Assembly (NCBI GenBank): GCA_964420325.1
Contig: CAYQSU010000002.1
Span: 10,038-74,037 of the forward strand
Direction: 5' to 3'
Length of the DNA: 64,000 nt
Source: an uncultured Rhodospirillaceae bacterium
GTDB taxonomy: Bacteria; Pseudomonadota; Alphaproteobacteria; Rhodospirillales; Defluviicoccaceae
The notes under the pieces were generated by a model. That model saw only the letters and a list, made by a program, of their open reading frames with translations, was not told the DNA's origin and did not search any database. Of this stretch, positions 1 through 9,716 are shown in pieces; the first letter of the stretch is position 1, and each line of letters opens with the position of its first letter. The position numbers and the translations under genes are program-made.

Positions 1-1433
1 TCCTGCTGTCGGGAGACCAGCGCCCCAACCAGCGCGACACCGTCATGGTGCTGATGGCGCTGGTCACGTTCTCGGCGGTCGCCGGCATCCTGCCGGAGGT
101 CGCCGCCGGCGGGCGCCCGCGCATCGAACTGGTCGAGATCGTTCCCGGGCTGCCGGTCGCCTTCGAGGTCGAGCCGCTCGGCATGCTGTTCGCGCTGATC
201 GCCTCGTTCCTGTGGATCATCACCTCGTTCTACGCCATCGGCTACATGCGCGGGCATCACGAGGTCAACCAGACCCGCTTCTACGCCTGCTTCGCCATCG
301 CCATCGCCGCGGCGGTCGCCATCGCGTTCTCGGCCAACCTGTTCACGCTGTTCCTCGCTTACGAGGTGCTGACGCTGTCGACCTATCCGCTGGTCGTGCA
401 TCATCAGTCCCATGAGGCGCAGCGTGCCGGGCGCCTATACATCGGAATCCTGCTCACCACCTCGATCTGCTTCCAGCTGATCGCCATCGTGTGGACCTGG
501 TTTGCCGCCGGCACGCTCGACTTCACCCCGGGCGGCATCCTTGCCGGCAAGGTCACGGTGGGGGAGCTCGGCATTCTCCTGTTTCTTTACATCTACGGCA
601 TCGGCAAGGCGGCGGTGATGCCGATCCACCGCTGGCTGCCCGCGGCGATGGTGGCACCGACCCCGGTCAGCGCGCTCCTCCACGCGGTGGCGGTGGTGAA
701 GGCGGGCGTGTTCACCGTGCTGAAGGTGATCGTCTACATCTTCGGGCCGGCACATCTCCAGGAGACGGGCGTGAGCGAGTGGCTCATCTACGCCGCCGGC
801 TTCACCATCCTCGCCGCCTCTCTGGTGGCGCTCGCCAAGGACAACCTCAAGGCGCGGCTCGCCTACTCGACGGTGAGCCAGCTTTCCTACGTCGTGCTCG
901 GCGCGGCGCTGGCGACGCCGTTGGCGATCATCGGCGCGGCGATGCACATCGCCATGCACGCCTTCGGCAAGATCACGCTCTTCTTCTGCGCCGGCGCCAT
1001 CATGGTCGCCTCCCATAAGACCGAGGTGAGCCAACTGGACGGCCTCGGGCGGAGGATGCCCTTCACCTTCTTCGCCTTCCTCCTCGGCGCTCTGTGCGTG
1101 ATCGGCGTGCCGCCGATGGGCGGCATCTGGAGCAAGTGGCACCTGGTCATGGGCGCCTTCGAGTCCGGGCATGGAGCGGTCGTGGCGGTGCTGATGATCA
1201 GCACGCTGCTCAACGTCGCCTACCTTCTGCCGCCGGTCGTCCGGGCGTTTCTTCTGCCGCCGAAGGAGGCTCCGGAGGATGGTCAGGGGTCCGGCATCAA
1301 GGAGGCGCCGATCTTCTGCGTGGTTCCGCTCTGCCTGACTGCTCTGGGCTGCCTGATGCTGTTCTTTTTCGCCGAGCCCCTGTTCGGGCTGGTTAACGGG
1401 ATCCTGGCAACGGAAGCACAACCGAAATGGTGA
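1..1433 (+). CDS. Proton-conducting Mrp/NuoN-type cation:proton antiporter subunit D family protein (5' partial; frame open to the window edge, codon phase from nt 3)
   Basis: ORF 45..1433 encodes a polytopic membrane protein with a Proton_antipo_M-type core (GKAAVMPIHRWLPAAMVAPTPVSALLHAVAVVKAGV). The in-frame sequence upstream of the first ATG has no stop and looks like the loop after helix 1 of homologues, so the true start is probably off-window. Confidence 0.8.
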   Translation, partial: LLSGDQRPNQRDTVMVLMALVTFSAVAGILPEVAAGGRPRIELVEIVPGLPVAFEVEPLGMLFALIASFLWIITSFYAIGYMRGHHEVNQTRFYACFAIAIAAAVAIAFSANLFTLFLAYEVLTLSTYPLVVHHQSHEAQRAGRLYIGILLTTSICFQLIAIVWTWFAAGTLDFTPGGILAGKVTVGELGILLFLYIYGIGKAAVMPIHRWLPAAMVAPTPVSALLHAVAVVKAGVFTVLKVIVYIFGPAHLQETGVSEWLIYAAGFTILAASLVALAKDNLKARLAYSTVSQLSYVVLGAALATPLAIIGAAMHIAMHAFGKITLFFCAGAIMVASHKTEVSQLDGLGRRMPFTFFAFLLGALCVIGVPPMGGIWSKWHLVMGAFESGHGAVVAVLMISTLLNVAYLLPPVVRAFLLPPKEAPEDGQGSGIKEAPIFCVVPLCLTALGCLMLFFFAEPLFGLVNGILATEAQPKW

Positions 1434-1678
1434 TCGGCAAGATTCTCGAATACATGGTCGACAACCGCCGCACGCTGAGGCGGGTCATGTACGGCGTGCT
1501 GGCTTTGCTGGTGGTCCTGGACATGCTCGTTCCCGCCAAGTACGACCGCTTCCCCTGGGAGGGCATCGGCGGCTTCGGCGCGGTTTACGGCTTCATCGCA
1601 TGCGTCCTGATCATCGTGGTGTCGAAGGCGCTCGGCTACGCCCTGCTCTACAGGCCGGACAACTACTATGACAAATGA
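1427..1678 (+). CDS. Small two-helix membrane protein embedded in the Mrp-like cluster (no family recognised)
   Basis: 83-aa ORF. Its ATG at 1427 overlaps the last codons of the upstream gene by 7 nt, and its stop lies 7 nt before the next ATG. It has two hydrophobic stretches (VLALLVVLDMLV and FGAVYGFIACVLIIVVS). Confidence 0.55.
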   Translation: MVIGKILEYMVDNRRTLRRVMYGVLALLVVLDMLVPAKYDRFPWEGIGGFGAVYGFIACVLIIVVSKALGYALLYRPDNYYDK

Positions 1679-1685
1679 CTGAGCA

Positions 1686-3368
1686 ATGTCTGACTGGGTG
1701 CATCCCTCTTTCGTCCTGATCGCGGGCGCGCTGCTGATCCCCGCCTTCGCCGGGCGCGTCCGACAGGGGTATCTGCTGCTCCTGCCCGCCGTCGTGCTTG
1801 GCATCATCGCCACCATGCCGCACGGCACGTTCGGCACCTTCCGCTTCCTCAACCTGGAGGTGGTCGTGGGCAGGGTCGACGCGCTCAGTCTGGTGTTCGC
1901 CCACGTCTTCGGCATCATCCTGGTGATCGGCGCGATCTATGCGCTGCACGTCAAGGAACCCCTGCAGCACGTCGCCGCTTTCGTCTATGCCGCCTCGGCG
2001 CTCGGGGTGGTGTTCGCCGGCGACATGATCACGCTCTACGTGTTCTGGGAGCTCATGGTCTTTTCCTCGGTGTGGCTGATCTGGTGCCGCCGCAACGCGG
2101 TCTCCTGGGGCGCCGGATGGCGCTACGTCCTGGTTCATGCTGCCGGCGGGGTGCTGCTCCTGAGTGGGATCGTCCTCCGCTATGTCGACACCGGCTCCGT
2201 GGCGTTCGACATGATCGAGAGGAACGGGCCGGCCTTCTACCTCATCCTGCTCGGCTTCATGATCAACGCCGCGGTGCCGCCGCTGCACGCGTGGCTGACC
2301 GACGCCTACCCGGAGGCGACCGTCACCGGAGCCGTCTTCCTCAGCGCCCTGACCACCAAGACCGCGGTGTACACGCTGGTTCGGGGGTATCCCGGGACCG
2401 AGCTCTTGGTGTGGTTCGGGGCGGTGATGGCCATCTACGGCGTCGTCTATGCCGTGCTTGCCAACGACATCCGCAGGCTGCTGGCCTATCACATCGTCAG
2501 CCAGGTCGGCTACATGGTGGCCGGCGTCGGCATGGGCACGGCGATCGCGCTGAACGGCACCACGTCGCACGCCTTCACGCACATCCTTTACAAGGCGCTG
2601 CTGTTCATGGGCGCCGGCGCCGTCATCCACATGACCGGCCGCAGCAAGCTGACCGAGCTCGGCGGGATCTACCGCTGGATGCCGATCACCTTCCTCCTCT
2701 ACATGGTCGGCGCCTTCTCGATCTCCGCCTTCCCGCTGTTCAGCGGCTTTGTCAGCAAGACCATGGTGGTCGAGGCCGCCGCCGTCGACGGCCGCGCGGC
2801 GATCTGGCTGATGCTGTCCCTGGCTTCGGCGGGCACCTTCCTGCATACCGGGCTGAAGCTGCCCTATTTCACCTTCCTCGGTCAGGATTGCGGGCTGCGT
2901 CCGAGGGAGGCGCCGATCAACATGCTGGTGGCGATGGGGCTGGCCGCTTTCCTCTGCGTTCTGATCGGTGTCTATCCGCAGTGGCTCTACGCGATGCTGC
3001 CGGCGCCGGTGGACTACCACGCGTACACCGCCGGCCACATCCTCTGGGAGCTGCAGCTCCTGCTGTTCACTGGCGCGGGCTTTTTCCTTCTGCTCAAGCA
3101 CGTCGGCGGTGAGCCGAAGATCGCCCTGGACACCGACTGGACCTACCGCCGCCTGCTGCCGACGCTGGTGCGCGGCCTGGTCGCCGCCGCCGAGCCGTTC
3201 CGGGTGTCGTTCAAGATCCGCACGCTCCTGCACATCGAGCGGTTCATCGATCGGGTGTTCCACTATCACGGGCCGGACAGCATCCTCGCCCGTGCCTGGC
3301 CGACCGGCACGACGGCGCTCTGGGTGGTGGGGCTGTTGATGCTGTATCTGCTGTTCTACTACCTGTGA
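1686..3368 (+). CDS. Proton-conducting Mrp/NuoL-M-N-type antiporter subunit D family protein
   Basis: 560-aa polytopic protein with family-typical segments (YVFWELMVFSS, AYHIVSQVGYMVAGVG, HAFTHILYKALLFMGAGAVIH). Paralogous to the upstream gene. Confidence 0.85.
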   Translation: MSDWVHPSFVLIAGALLIPAFAGRVRQGYLLLLPAVVLGIIATMPHGTFGTFRFLNLEVVVGRVDALSLVFAHVFGIILVIGAIYALHVKEPLQHVAAFVYAASALGVVFAGDMITLYVFWELMVFSSVWLIWCRRNAVSWGAGWRYVLVHAAGGVLLLSGIVLRYVDTGSVAFDMIERNGPAFYLILLGFMINAAVPPLHAWLTDAYPEATVTGAVFLSALTTKTAVYTLVRGYPGTELLVWFGAVMAIYGVVYAVLANDIRRLLAYHIVSQVGYMVAGVGMGTAIALNGTTSHAFTHILYKALLFMGAGAVIHMTGRSKLTELGGIYRWMPITFLLYMVGAFSISAFPLFSGFVSKTMVVEAAAVDGRAAIWLMLSLASAGTFLHTGLKLPYFTFLGQDCGLRPREAPINMLVAMGLAAFLCVLIGVYPQWLYAMLPAPVDYHAYTAGHILWELQLLLFTGAGFFLLLKHVGGEPKIALDTDWTYRRLLPTLVRGLVAAAEPFRVSFKIRTLLHIERFIDRVFHYHGPDSILARAWPTGTTALWVVGLLMLYLLFYYL

Positions 3369-3380
3369 GGGAGTTCTCGC

Positions 3381-4973
3381 TCAGCCGAAGATCGCCTTGG
3401 GGAGCCAGGTGGCGGCGGCCGGAAAGAAGGCGAGCAGCCCCAGCGCCGCCAGCTGGATGACGATGAACGGGACCACCCCCTTGTAGATGGCGAGCGTCGA
3501 CACCTCCGGCGGCGCGACGCCACGCAGATAGAAGAGAGAGAACCCGAACGGCGGGGTGAGGAACGACGTCTGCAGGTTGACCGCCATCATCACCCCGAGC
3601 CAGATCGGGTCGAGGCCCATGATCAGGAGTACCGGGGCGACGACCGGCACGACGACGAAGATGATCTCGATGAAATCGAGGAAGAAGCCGAGGAAGAACA
3701 TCACCACCATGACCACGACCATGGCGCCGAACGCGCCGCCCGGCAGCGAGATGAGGAATCCGTGCACGGTGTCGTCGCCGCCCAGCCCGCGGAAGACCAG
3801 GGAGAACACCGAGGCGCCGATCAGGATGACGAAGACCATGGCGGTGATCTGCATGGTCGAGCGCACCACGTCGTCGAGGATCGGCGTGCGCCCGTCCTCG
3901 GCGAGCGCGCGCCGGACCTGGAGCAGGCTCTCGATCAGGCCCCAGGCGACGCCCGCGCAGCAGAGGCCGGCGGCGACGATGCCGGCCATGTCGAGCGCCG
4001 GGATCTCGGTGCGGGCGATGCGCAGATCGAGCAGGTTGGTGAGGATCAGCAGGAGGATGAGGGACAGCGCGGCAACCTTGGCCGAGCGGTCGGCGGCAGG
4101 GCTCACGTGCCGACCGGCCAAGAGCAGCGCGCCGACGGCGCCCACCGACGCCGCCTCCGTCGGCGTCGCCACCCCGGCCAGGATCGAGCCAAGCACGGCG
4201 ATGATGAGGGCCACCGGCGGTACGAGGACCGTGGCGACGCGCCGGCCCAGGCCGCTGGCCGCGATCTCCGCCTGCGGGATCGGCGGCGACGAACGCGGCA
4301 CGAGGAGGGCAACCGCGAGCTGGTAGAGGATGTAGAGGGCGACCAGGCCAAGCCCCGGCAACAGCGCGCCGGCGAACAGGTCGCCCACCGAGACCGGCTC
4401 GGGGGACCAGTTGCCGAGGCTGCGCTGGGCGTCGATGTAGGCGTTGGAGATCTGGTCGCCGAGCAGCACCAGGACGATCGACGGCGGGATGATCTGGCCG
4501 AGGGTGCCGGCGGCGGCGATCGAGCCGGCGGCGAGGGCCGGCGAGTATCCGCGCTTGAGCATGGTGGGGAGGGAGAGGAGCCCCATGGTGACGACGGTGG
4601 CGCCGACGATCCCGGTCGACGCCGCCAACAAGGCGCCGACGACGGTGACCGAGACACCGAGGCCGCCGCGCATTCGCCCGAACAGCATGCCCATGGTGTC
4701 GAGCAGTTCCTCGGCGACCTTCGAGCGCTGCAGCATCACGCCCATGAAGATGAACAGGGGCACCGCGATCAGCACCTCGTTGGTCATGGCGTTGCCGTAG
4801 ATGCGGGACGGCAGGGCGCCGAACAGCGAGAAATCGAACACCCCCAGCGCCCAGCCGAGACCGGCGAAGACGAGCCCGGTGCCGGCGAGCGTGAAGGCGA
4901 CCGGAAAGCCGGCCAGCAGACAGGCGACCGCGGCGACGAACATCGCGATGTCGAGCATCTCCCGGGTCGGCAT
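3381..4973 (-). CDS. dctM: TRAP transporter large permease (DctM family, long 530-aa form)
   Basis: Polytopic 530-aa protein. It starts 2 nt after the stop of a DctQ-like gene, downstream of a DctP-type binding-protein gene on the same strand. Confidence 0.9.
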   Translation of the reverse strand: MPTREMLDIAMFVAAVACLLAGFPVAFTLAGTGLVFAGLGWALGVFDFSLFGALPSRIYGNAMTNEVLIAVPLFIFMGVMLQRSKVAEELLDTMGMLFGRMRGGLGVSVTVVGALLAASTGIVGATVVTMGLLSLPTMLKRGYSPALAAGSIAAAGTLGQIIPPSIVLVLLGDQISNAYIDAQRSLGNWSPEPVSVGDLFAGALLPGLGLVALYILYQLAVALLVPRSSPPIPQAEIAASGLGRRVATVLVPPVALIIAVLGSILAGVATPTEAASVGAVGALLLAGRHVSPAADRSAKVAALSLILLLILTNLLDLRIARTEIPALDMAGIVAAGLCCAGVAWGLIESLLQVRRALAEDGRTPILDDVVRSTMQITAMVFVILIGASVFSLVFRGLGGDDTVHGFLISLPGGAFGAMVVVMVVMFFLGFFLDFIEIIFVVVPVVAPVLLIMGLDPIWLGVMMAVNLQTSFLTPPFGFSLFYLRGVAPPEVSTLAIYKGVVPFIVIQLAALGLLAFFPAAATWLPKAIFG

Positions 4974-4975
4974 GG

Positions 4976-5506
4976 TCAGCGTCCGAGCCTGCGGTCAGCG
5001 CCGGCAAGGACGAGCACGCAGCGGGCGACGATGGCGAGACCCTGGGCCAGCAAGAGGGTGGCGAACACCAGGATCGTCGACTTCAGGAGGAACACCGCCT
5101 GGATGCCGCTGGTCTCCTTGGAACCCTCGAGGACGTTCCACGACCGCTCCACGTAGGGCCAGGACGACCAGGCGATGAGGAGGCAGACGGGGATCAGCAA
5201 CAGGAGGCTGCCCCCGAGGTCGACCAGCGTCCGGGTCTGCACGGAGGCGGAGCGGTAGAACACGTCGAGACGGACGTGGCCGTCGTGCAGGAGGGTGTAG
5301 GCGGCGCCCAGCATGAACAGGATCGCGTGCAGGTAGGTCACGGACTCCTGCAAGAGGATCGAGCCGACGCCGAAGACGTAGCGCAGGACGACGACGGCGA
5401 ACTGGACCAGCACCATGGCGAGCGCCGACCACGCGACGGCGCGGCCGATCCACTCGTTGACCGCCTCGATGGCGCGCGCAAGCGACGACAGCCAGATCAC
5501 GAGCAC
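4976..5506 (-). CDS. dctQ: TRAP transporter small permease (DctQ family)
   Basis: 176 aa with four hydrophobic helices and a GTG start. It sits between DctP-type and DctM-type genes. Confidence 0.85.
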   Translation of the reverse strand: MLVIWLSSLARAIEAVNEWIGRAVAWSALAMVLVQFAVVVLRYVFGVGSILLQESVTYLHAILFMLGAAYTLLHDGHVRLDVFYRSASVQTRTLVDLGGSLLLLIPVCLLIAWSSWPYVERSWNVLEGSKETSGIQAVFLLKSTILVFATLLLAQGLAIVARCVLVLAGADRRLGR

Positions 5507-5588
5507 GCGCCTCTACCGTTCAGCCGGCAGGAGGCGAGGCAAGCGCCCGCATCGGCAGCGGATGCGGGCCTGGTCCTCGGGTGCCGGC

Positions 5589-6689
5589 TCAGCCGCCGTA
5601 CTGGAACGGCAGCGCGCGGGCGTTCCAGTAGGCCTGGTCGGAGAGGTTGGCCCAGCTGATCGCCTTCGCGCGGAAGTCCATGTAGCTGTCGTACACCTTC
5701 TTGGTCATCGCGTCGGCGCTGCCGGCCTCGGCCACGACCTTGCCGGAGGCTTCGCCGATCGCCTTGATCACCTCGTCGGGGAACTTGCGCAGCTGGACGC
5801 CATGTTCCTTGATCAGGGTCTCGAGGGCATCGCCGTTGCGGGCGTTGAACTCGGCGAGCACGTCGTCGTTCTCCGCCTGGGCGGCGTTCCTGATGATCTG
5901 CTTGTGGGCCGCCGGGAGCGTGTTCCACAGGTCGAGATTGACGGCGCAGCTCAAGCTCGAGCCGGGCTCGTGGAAGCCTGGATAGTAGTAGTACTTGGCG
6001 ACCTTGTAGAAGCCGAAGGCGAGGTCGTTCCAAGGGCCGACCCATTCCGTGCCGTCGATGGCTCCGGACTGCAGGGCGGGGAAGATCTCGCCTCCCGGCA
6101 ACGCTACCGCCGCCGCGCCGAGCCGGCGCAAGACCTCGCCGCCGAGACCCGGCATCCGGAACTTGAGCCCCTTGAAGTCTTCGACGGTGTTGATCTCCTT
6201 GTTGAACCAGCCGCCCATCTGCACCCCGGTGTTGCCGGCCTGAAACGGCTTCAGCTTGAAGCCCGCCGAGAGCTCGTCCCACAGCTCCTGGCCGCCGGCG
6301 TGATGGACCCAGGTCGACATCTCCGTGGCGGTCAGGCCGAAGGGAACGGTGGTGAAGAAGTTGAAGGCCTTGGACTTGCCCTGCCAGTAGTAGTCGGCGC
6401 CGTGGTACATGTCGGCGGTGCCGCTGGACACCGCGTCGAAGGCCTCGAACGGCGGCACCAACTCGCCGCCCGCGAACACCTTGACCGTCAGCGCGCCGTC
6501 GCTGGCCTCGGTGATCCGTTTCGCCAGGCGTTCGGCGGAGGTGCCGAGGCCCGGGAAGTTCTTCGGCCAGGTGGTGACCATCTTGAGCTCGCGCTTGGTC
6601 TGCGCGATCGCCGGCGCCGGCAACGCCGACGCGGCGGCACCGGCGAGGCCGCCACCGGCGGCTGCCTTGAGAAAAGTGCGACGTTTCAC
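5589..6689 (-). CDS. dctP: TRAP transporter substrate-binding protein (DctP type, Tat-exported), copy 1
   Basis: 366 aa with a twin-arginine signal (MKRRTFLKAAAGGGLAGAAASALPAPAIAQ). The GTG start is preceded by GAGGGAGGAA. It lies directly upstream of dctQ-dctM. Confidence 0.9.
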   Translation of the reverse strand: MKRRTFLKAAAGGGLAGAAASALPAPAIAQTKRELKMVTTWPKNFPGLGTSAERLAKRITEASDGALTVKVFAGGELVPPFEAFDAVSSGTADMYHGADYYWQGKSKAFNFFTTVPFGLTATEMSTWVHHAGGQELWDELSAGFKLKPFQAGNTGVQMGGWFNKEINTVEDFKGLKFRMPGLGGEVLRRLGAAAVALPGGEIFPALQSGAIDGTEWVGPWNDLAFGFYKVAKYYYYPGFHEPGSSLSCAVNLDLWNTLPAAHKQIIRNAAQAENDDVLAEFNARNGDALETLIKEHGVQLRKFPDEVIKAIGEASGKVVAEAGSADAMTKKVYDSYMDFRAKAISWANLSDQAYWNARALPFQYGG

Positions 6690-6848
6690 GGGCTGGTTCC
6701 TCCCTCAATGGCCGGCCGGAACGCGCCTCGAACCGCCCGGCCGGGCGACGTGTCGGCCGTTTTCAATAGCTTGACGGAAGAGCATCCTAGCCGCGATCGG
6801 CCGTTCCGCGCAATGGCCTGAGCGGCCGCGACCCGCCGCCGGTCGCCG

Positions 6849-7943
6849 TCAGCGGACGTAGCGGAACGGCAGCAGACGGGCATCGAGGTAGGCCTGCAGG
6901 GACAGCCTCGACCAGGCCACGGCCTGCTGGCGGAAGGCCAGGAACGCCTCGTGGATCTTTTTCGCCGCCGGATCGGCCGCCGCGGCTTCCGCCACCACCA
7001 TGCCCGCGGCTTGGCCGAGCGCGTTCAGCACCTTGTCGGGAAGGCGCTTGGGCTCGATGGCGGACTCCCGGCGGAGCGCGTCGATGGCATTCGCGTTGGC
7101 GGCTTCGAACTCCGCCAACGTGGCGACGGTCTCGGCGGCGGAGGCGGTCTCGATCGCCTCCTTCTGGCTGAGGGTCAGGCTCTCCCAGAACGCCAGATTG
7201 ACGCCCAGCGACAAGGTCATGCCGGGCGTGTAGATCCCGGGATAGTAGAAATTGCTGGCCGCCTCGTGCAACCCTAGCACGCGGCCGTGCCAGGGTCCGA
7301 ACCATTCGGCGGCGCCGATGGTGCCGTCCTTGAGCGCGGCCGGGATCTCGCGTCCGGCGAGGATTACCGGGGCGGCGCCGATCTGGCGCAACACCCTGGC
7401 GCCGAGCCCGGTGACGGCGATGCGCAGACCCTTGAAGTCGTCGACGCTCGCAACCGGGTTCTTGAACCAGCCGCCCATCTGCGTGCCGGTGTTGCCGGCC
7501 ATGAACGGCTTCAGCTTAAAGCCGAGGGACAACTCGTCCCACAGCTCCTGGCCGCCGCCCTGGTAGATCCAGGCGGCCATCTCCTGGGCGGTCAGGCCGA
7601 ACGGAACCGCGGTGAAGAAGGTGAAGGCGGGCGACTTGCCTTCCCAGTAGGCCTCCATCGCGTGATACATCTCGGCCTTGCCTTCGGCGACGGCGTCGAA
7701 CGACCCGAACGCCGGCACCAGCTCGCCGGCCGCGAACACCTTGACCGCGAGCGTCCCGCCCGAAAGCAGGGTGATGCGCTTGGCGAGCCGGTCGGCGGCG
7801 GTGGCGAGGCCGGGAAACTTCGCCGGCCACGCCGTCACCATGCGAACGTCCCTGCGACTCTGCGCCAAGGCCGGAGACGATGCGGCGAGGACGGCGCCGA
7901 AGCCCGCGCCGCCGGCCGAGCGGAGGAAGGCGCGGCGTGTCAT
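6849..7943 (-). CDS. TRAP-type substrate-binding protein paralogue (Tat-exported), copy 2, with no permease genes of its own
   Basis: ORF 6849..8117 trimmed to the ATG at 7943, which gives the Tat signal MTRRAFLRSAGGAGFGAVLAASSPALAQ. It shares long runs with copy 1 (GGQELWDELS.GFKLKPF.AGNTG.QMGGWF). Confidence 0.85.
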   Translation of the reverse strand: MTRRAFLRSAGGAGFGAVLAASSPALAQSRRDVRMVTAWPAKFPGLATAADRLAKRITLLSGGTLAVKVFAAGELVPAFGSFDAVAEGKAEMYHAMEAYWEGKSPAFTFFTAVPFGLTAQEMAAWIYQGGGQELWDELSLGFKLKPFMAGNTGTQMGGWFKNPVASVDDFKGLRIAVTGLGARVLRQIGAAPVILAGREIPAALKDGTIGAAEWFGPWHGRVLGLHEAASNFYYPGIYTPGMTLSLGVNLAFWESLTLSQKEAIETASAAETVATLAEFEAANANAIDALRRESAIEPKRLPDKVLNALGQAAGMVVAEAAAADPAAKKIHEAFLAFRQQAVAWSRLSLQAYLDARLLPFRYVR

Positions 7944-7968
7944 CGGGCCAGGCGAGATCGAACCACGA

Positions 7969-8730
7969 TCACGGCCCCGGCCGGAAATACCGTGCGGTCT
8001 CGGGGTCTTCGGGACGCAACGGCTTCCAGCCGTCGGGCGTGTACGCCTCCAGCGGCCGGAAGCTCGCCTTGTAGGACATCTTCGCGCAGTCGGCGACCCA
8101 GAAGCCGAGATACACATGGTTAAGCCCGAGTGCCTTGGCGCGGTCGACGAGCCAGAGGATCATGAACGAGCCGAGGCTGCGCCGCGGCGACAGGGGGTCG
8201 AAGAAGCTGTACACGGCCGACAGGCCATCGACCACCCGGTCGGCGATGCAGGCGGCAATCAACGCATCGGCGCCGTCGCGAAACTCGACGATCGAGGTTT
8301 CGACCGGCGTGTCCTCGACCAGTGCCTGGTAGTCGAAGAAGTCCATGCGCGCCATCTCGCCGTCGGCATGCCGGGCGCGCTGATAGGCATTGAACAGCGA
8401 AAACTGCTCGTAGCTGGCCTGCGGCGGCAGCTCGACCGGCTTCAGATCGCCGTTGCGGGCCCACAGCCGGCTCTGGGTGCGGCTGGGACGGAAGTCCGGG
8501 GCGACGATGCGAACCGTCGCGCACGCGGTGCAGTCGCGGCAGGCCGGAACGTAAGCGAACCGGTGGCTGCGGCGGAATCCCGCCAGCGACAGGGTGTTGT
8601 GGAAGGCCACCGCATCGCGCCCCGACAGCTCGGCGACCAGCCGCCGTTCCATGCGCCCGGGGAGATAGGGGCAGGGGATGGCAGCGGTGGCAAAAAAGAA
8701 GCGGGTGCCGTCCAGAGGTTTGTGTTTCAT
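7969..8730 (-). CDS. bpt: Arginyltransferase / aspartate-glutamate leucyltransferase (Bpt, N-degron pathway)
   Basis: 253 aa with Ate/Bpt-type motifs (CPYLPGR near the N-terminus; YLGFWV....MSYKA.F.P near the C-terminus). Confidence 0.85.
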   Translation of the reverse strand: MKHKPLDGTRFFFATAAIPCPYLPGRMERRLVAELSGRDAVAFHNTLSLAGFRRSHRFAYVPACRDCTACATVRIVAPDFRPSRTQSRLWARNGDLKPVELPPQASYEQFSLFNAYQRARHADGEMARMDFFDYQALVEDTPVETSIVEFRDGADALIAACIADRVVDGLSAVYSFFDPLSPRRSLGSFMILWLVDRAKALGLNHVYLGFWVADCAKMSYKASFRPLEAYTPDGWKPLRPEDPETARYFRPGP

Positions 8731-8813
8731 TGTTCGCGAGCGTTGATCGCGGCGCCTTTCCCAAACAGCAGACTAGCATCGAAAGGGCGCTTTGGAAATG
8801 GCGAGCGGCGGGG

Positions 8814-9704
8814 TCATTGGTCAAGGACGGCCGTCTGCTCATCGCTGCCGGTGCCACTCAGGAGGACCACCGACAGCCGGCGGTTCGCCGGCGCTTCCGG
8901 ATCTTCGGGGATGAGCGGCTCGGTCGCCGCCTTGCCGACGACGTAGGAGATGCGCTGCTCCGGGATGCCGAAATGGATGAGCTGTCGCCTGGCGGCATTG
9001 GCGCGGTCCGCCGAAAGCTCCCAGTTGCCGTAGCCGCTGTCGGTGGTGTACCGCGTGGCGTCGGTGTGGCCGGTGATGGCGACACTCTGCGGCATCTCCA
9101 GAACGACGCCGGCGACGAGCTCGAGCAGCCGCTTGGTGTGCAGATACATGTCGGCACTGCCGCGTGGGAACATCGGCAGCCCCTCCTGGTCCATGATCTG
9201 GATGCGCAAGCCCTCGGGCGTGTTGTCGATGAGGATCGACTTCGCCAGCTGCTTGAGCTTCGGCGAGCCTTCGATCGCCTGCAGGATGCGCTCCTTCGCA
9301 TCCCCGAACTGTTTTTCTTCCCGCTGCTTCAACAGCTTGTCGAGGTCTGCCTCCTTGGTCGCCTCCGGCGGGGGATCGTCGTCGTCGACCTCGGGCGGAC
9401 TCAGCTCCTCGGAGGCGCTCGGCGGCGACATCGGATCCGGCATCACCTGCTCGGAGACGATGGTCTCGCCACCCAAGAGGCCGCCCGAGCCGCTCGTCGT
9501 CGAGGTCAGCGAGATCGGCGCGAAGTAGTTGGAGATGCCTTCGAGCTGCTCGTCGGTGACGGCGTTGAGCAGCCATAACAGCAGGAAGAACGCCATCATC
9601 GCAGTGACGAAGTCGGCGTAGGCGACCTTCCAGGCGCCGCCGTGGTGACCGTGACCGCCCTTCTTGATCCGTTTGACGATGAGGGGGCGTTGCGCGTCGG
9701 CCAT
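8814..9704 (-). CDS. motB: Flagellar motor stator protein MotB (OmpA-like peptidoglycan-binding C-terminus)
   Basis: 296 aa. The N-terminus (GGAWKVAYADFVTAMMAFFLLLWLL) matches the MotB transmembrane/plug region. The C-terminus has the GHTD...N.ELSADRA OmpA-like motif. It lies 12 nt downstream of motA. Confidence 0.85.
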   Translation of the reverse strand: MADAQRPLIVKRIKKGGHGHHGGAWKVAYADFVTAMMAFFLLLWLLNAVTDEQLEGISNYFAPISLTSTTSGSGGLLGGETIVSEQVMPDPMSPPSASEELSPPEVDDDDPPPEATKEADLDKLLKQREEKQFGDAKERILQAIEGSPKLKQLAKSILIDNTPEGLRIQIMDQEGLPMFPRGSADMYLHTKRLLELVAGVVLEMPQSVAITGHTDATRYTTDSGYGNWELSADRANAARRQLIHFGIPEQRISYVVGKAATEPLIPEDPEAPANRRLSVVLLSGTGSDEQTAVLDQ

Positions 9705-9716
9705 CGGGCGCCCCGG

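Noticed and set aside
3244-5007. A 587-aa minus-strand ORF in an alternative frame over dctM/dctQ.
   Set aside because: It is on the same strand as dctM but out of frame, with an Arg/Pro/Gly-rich composition. The dctM frame gives a clean polytopic permease.
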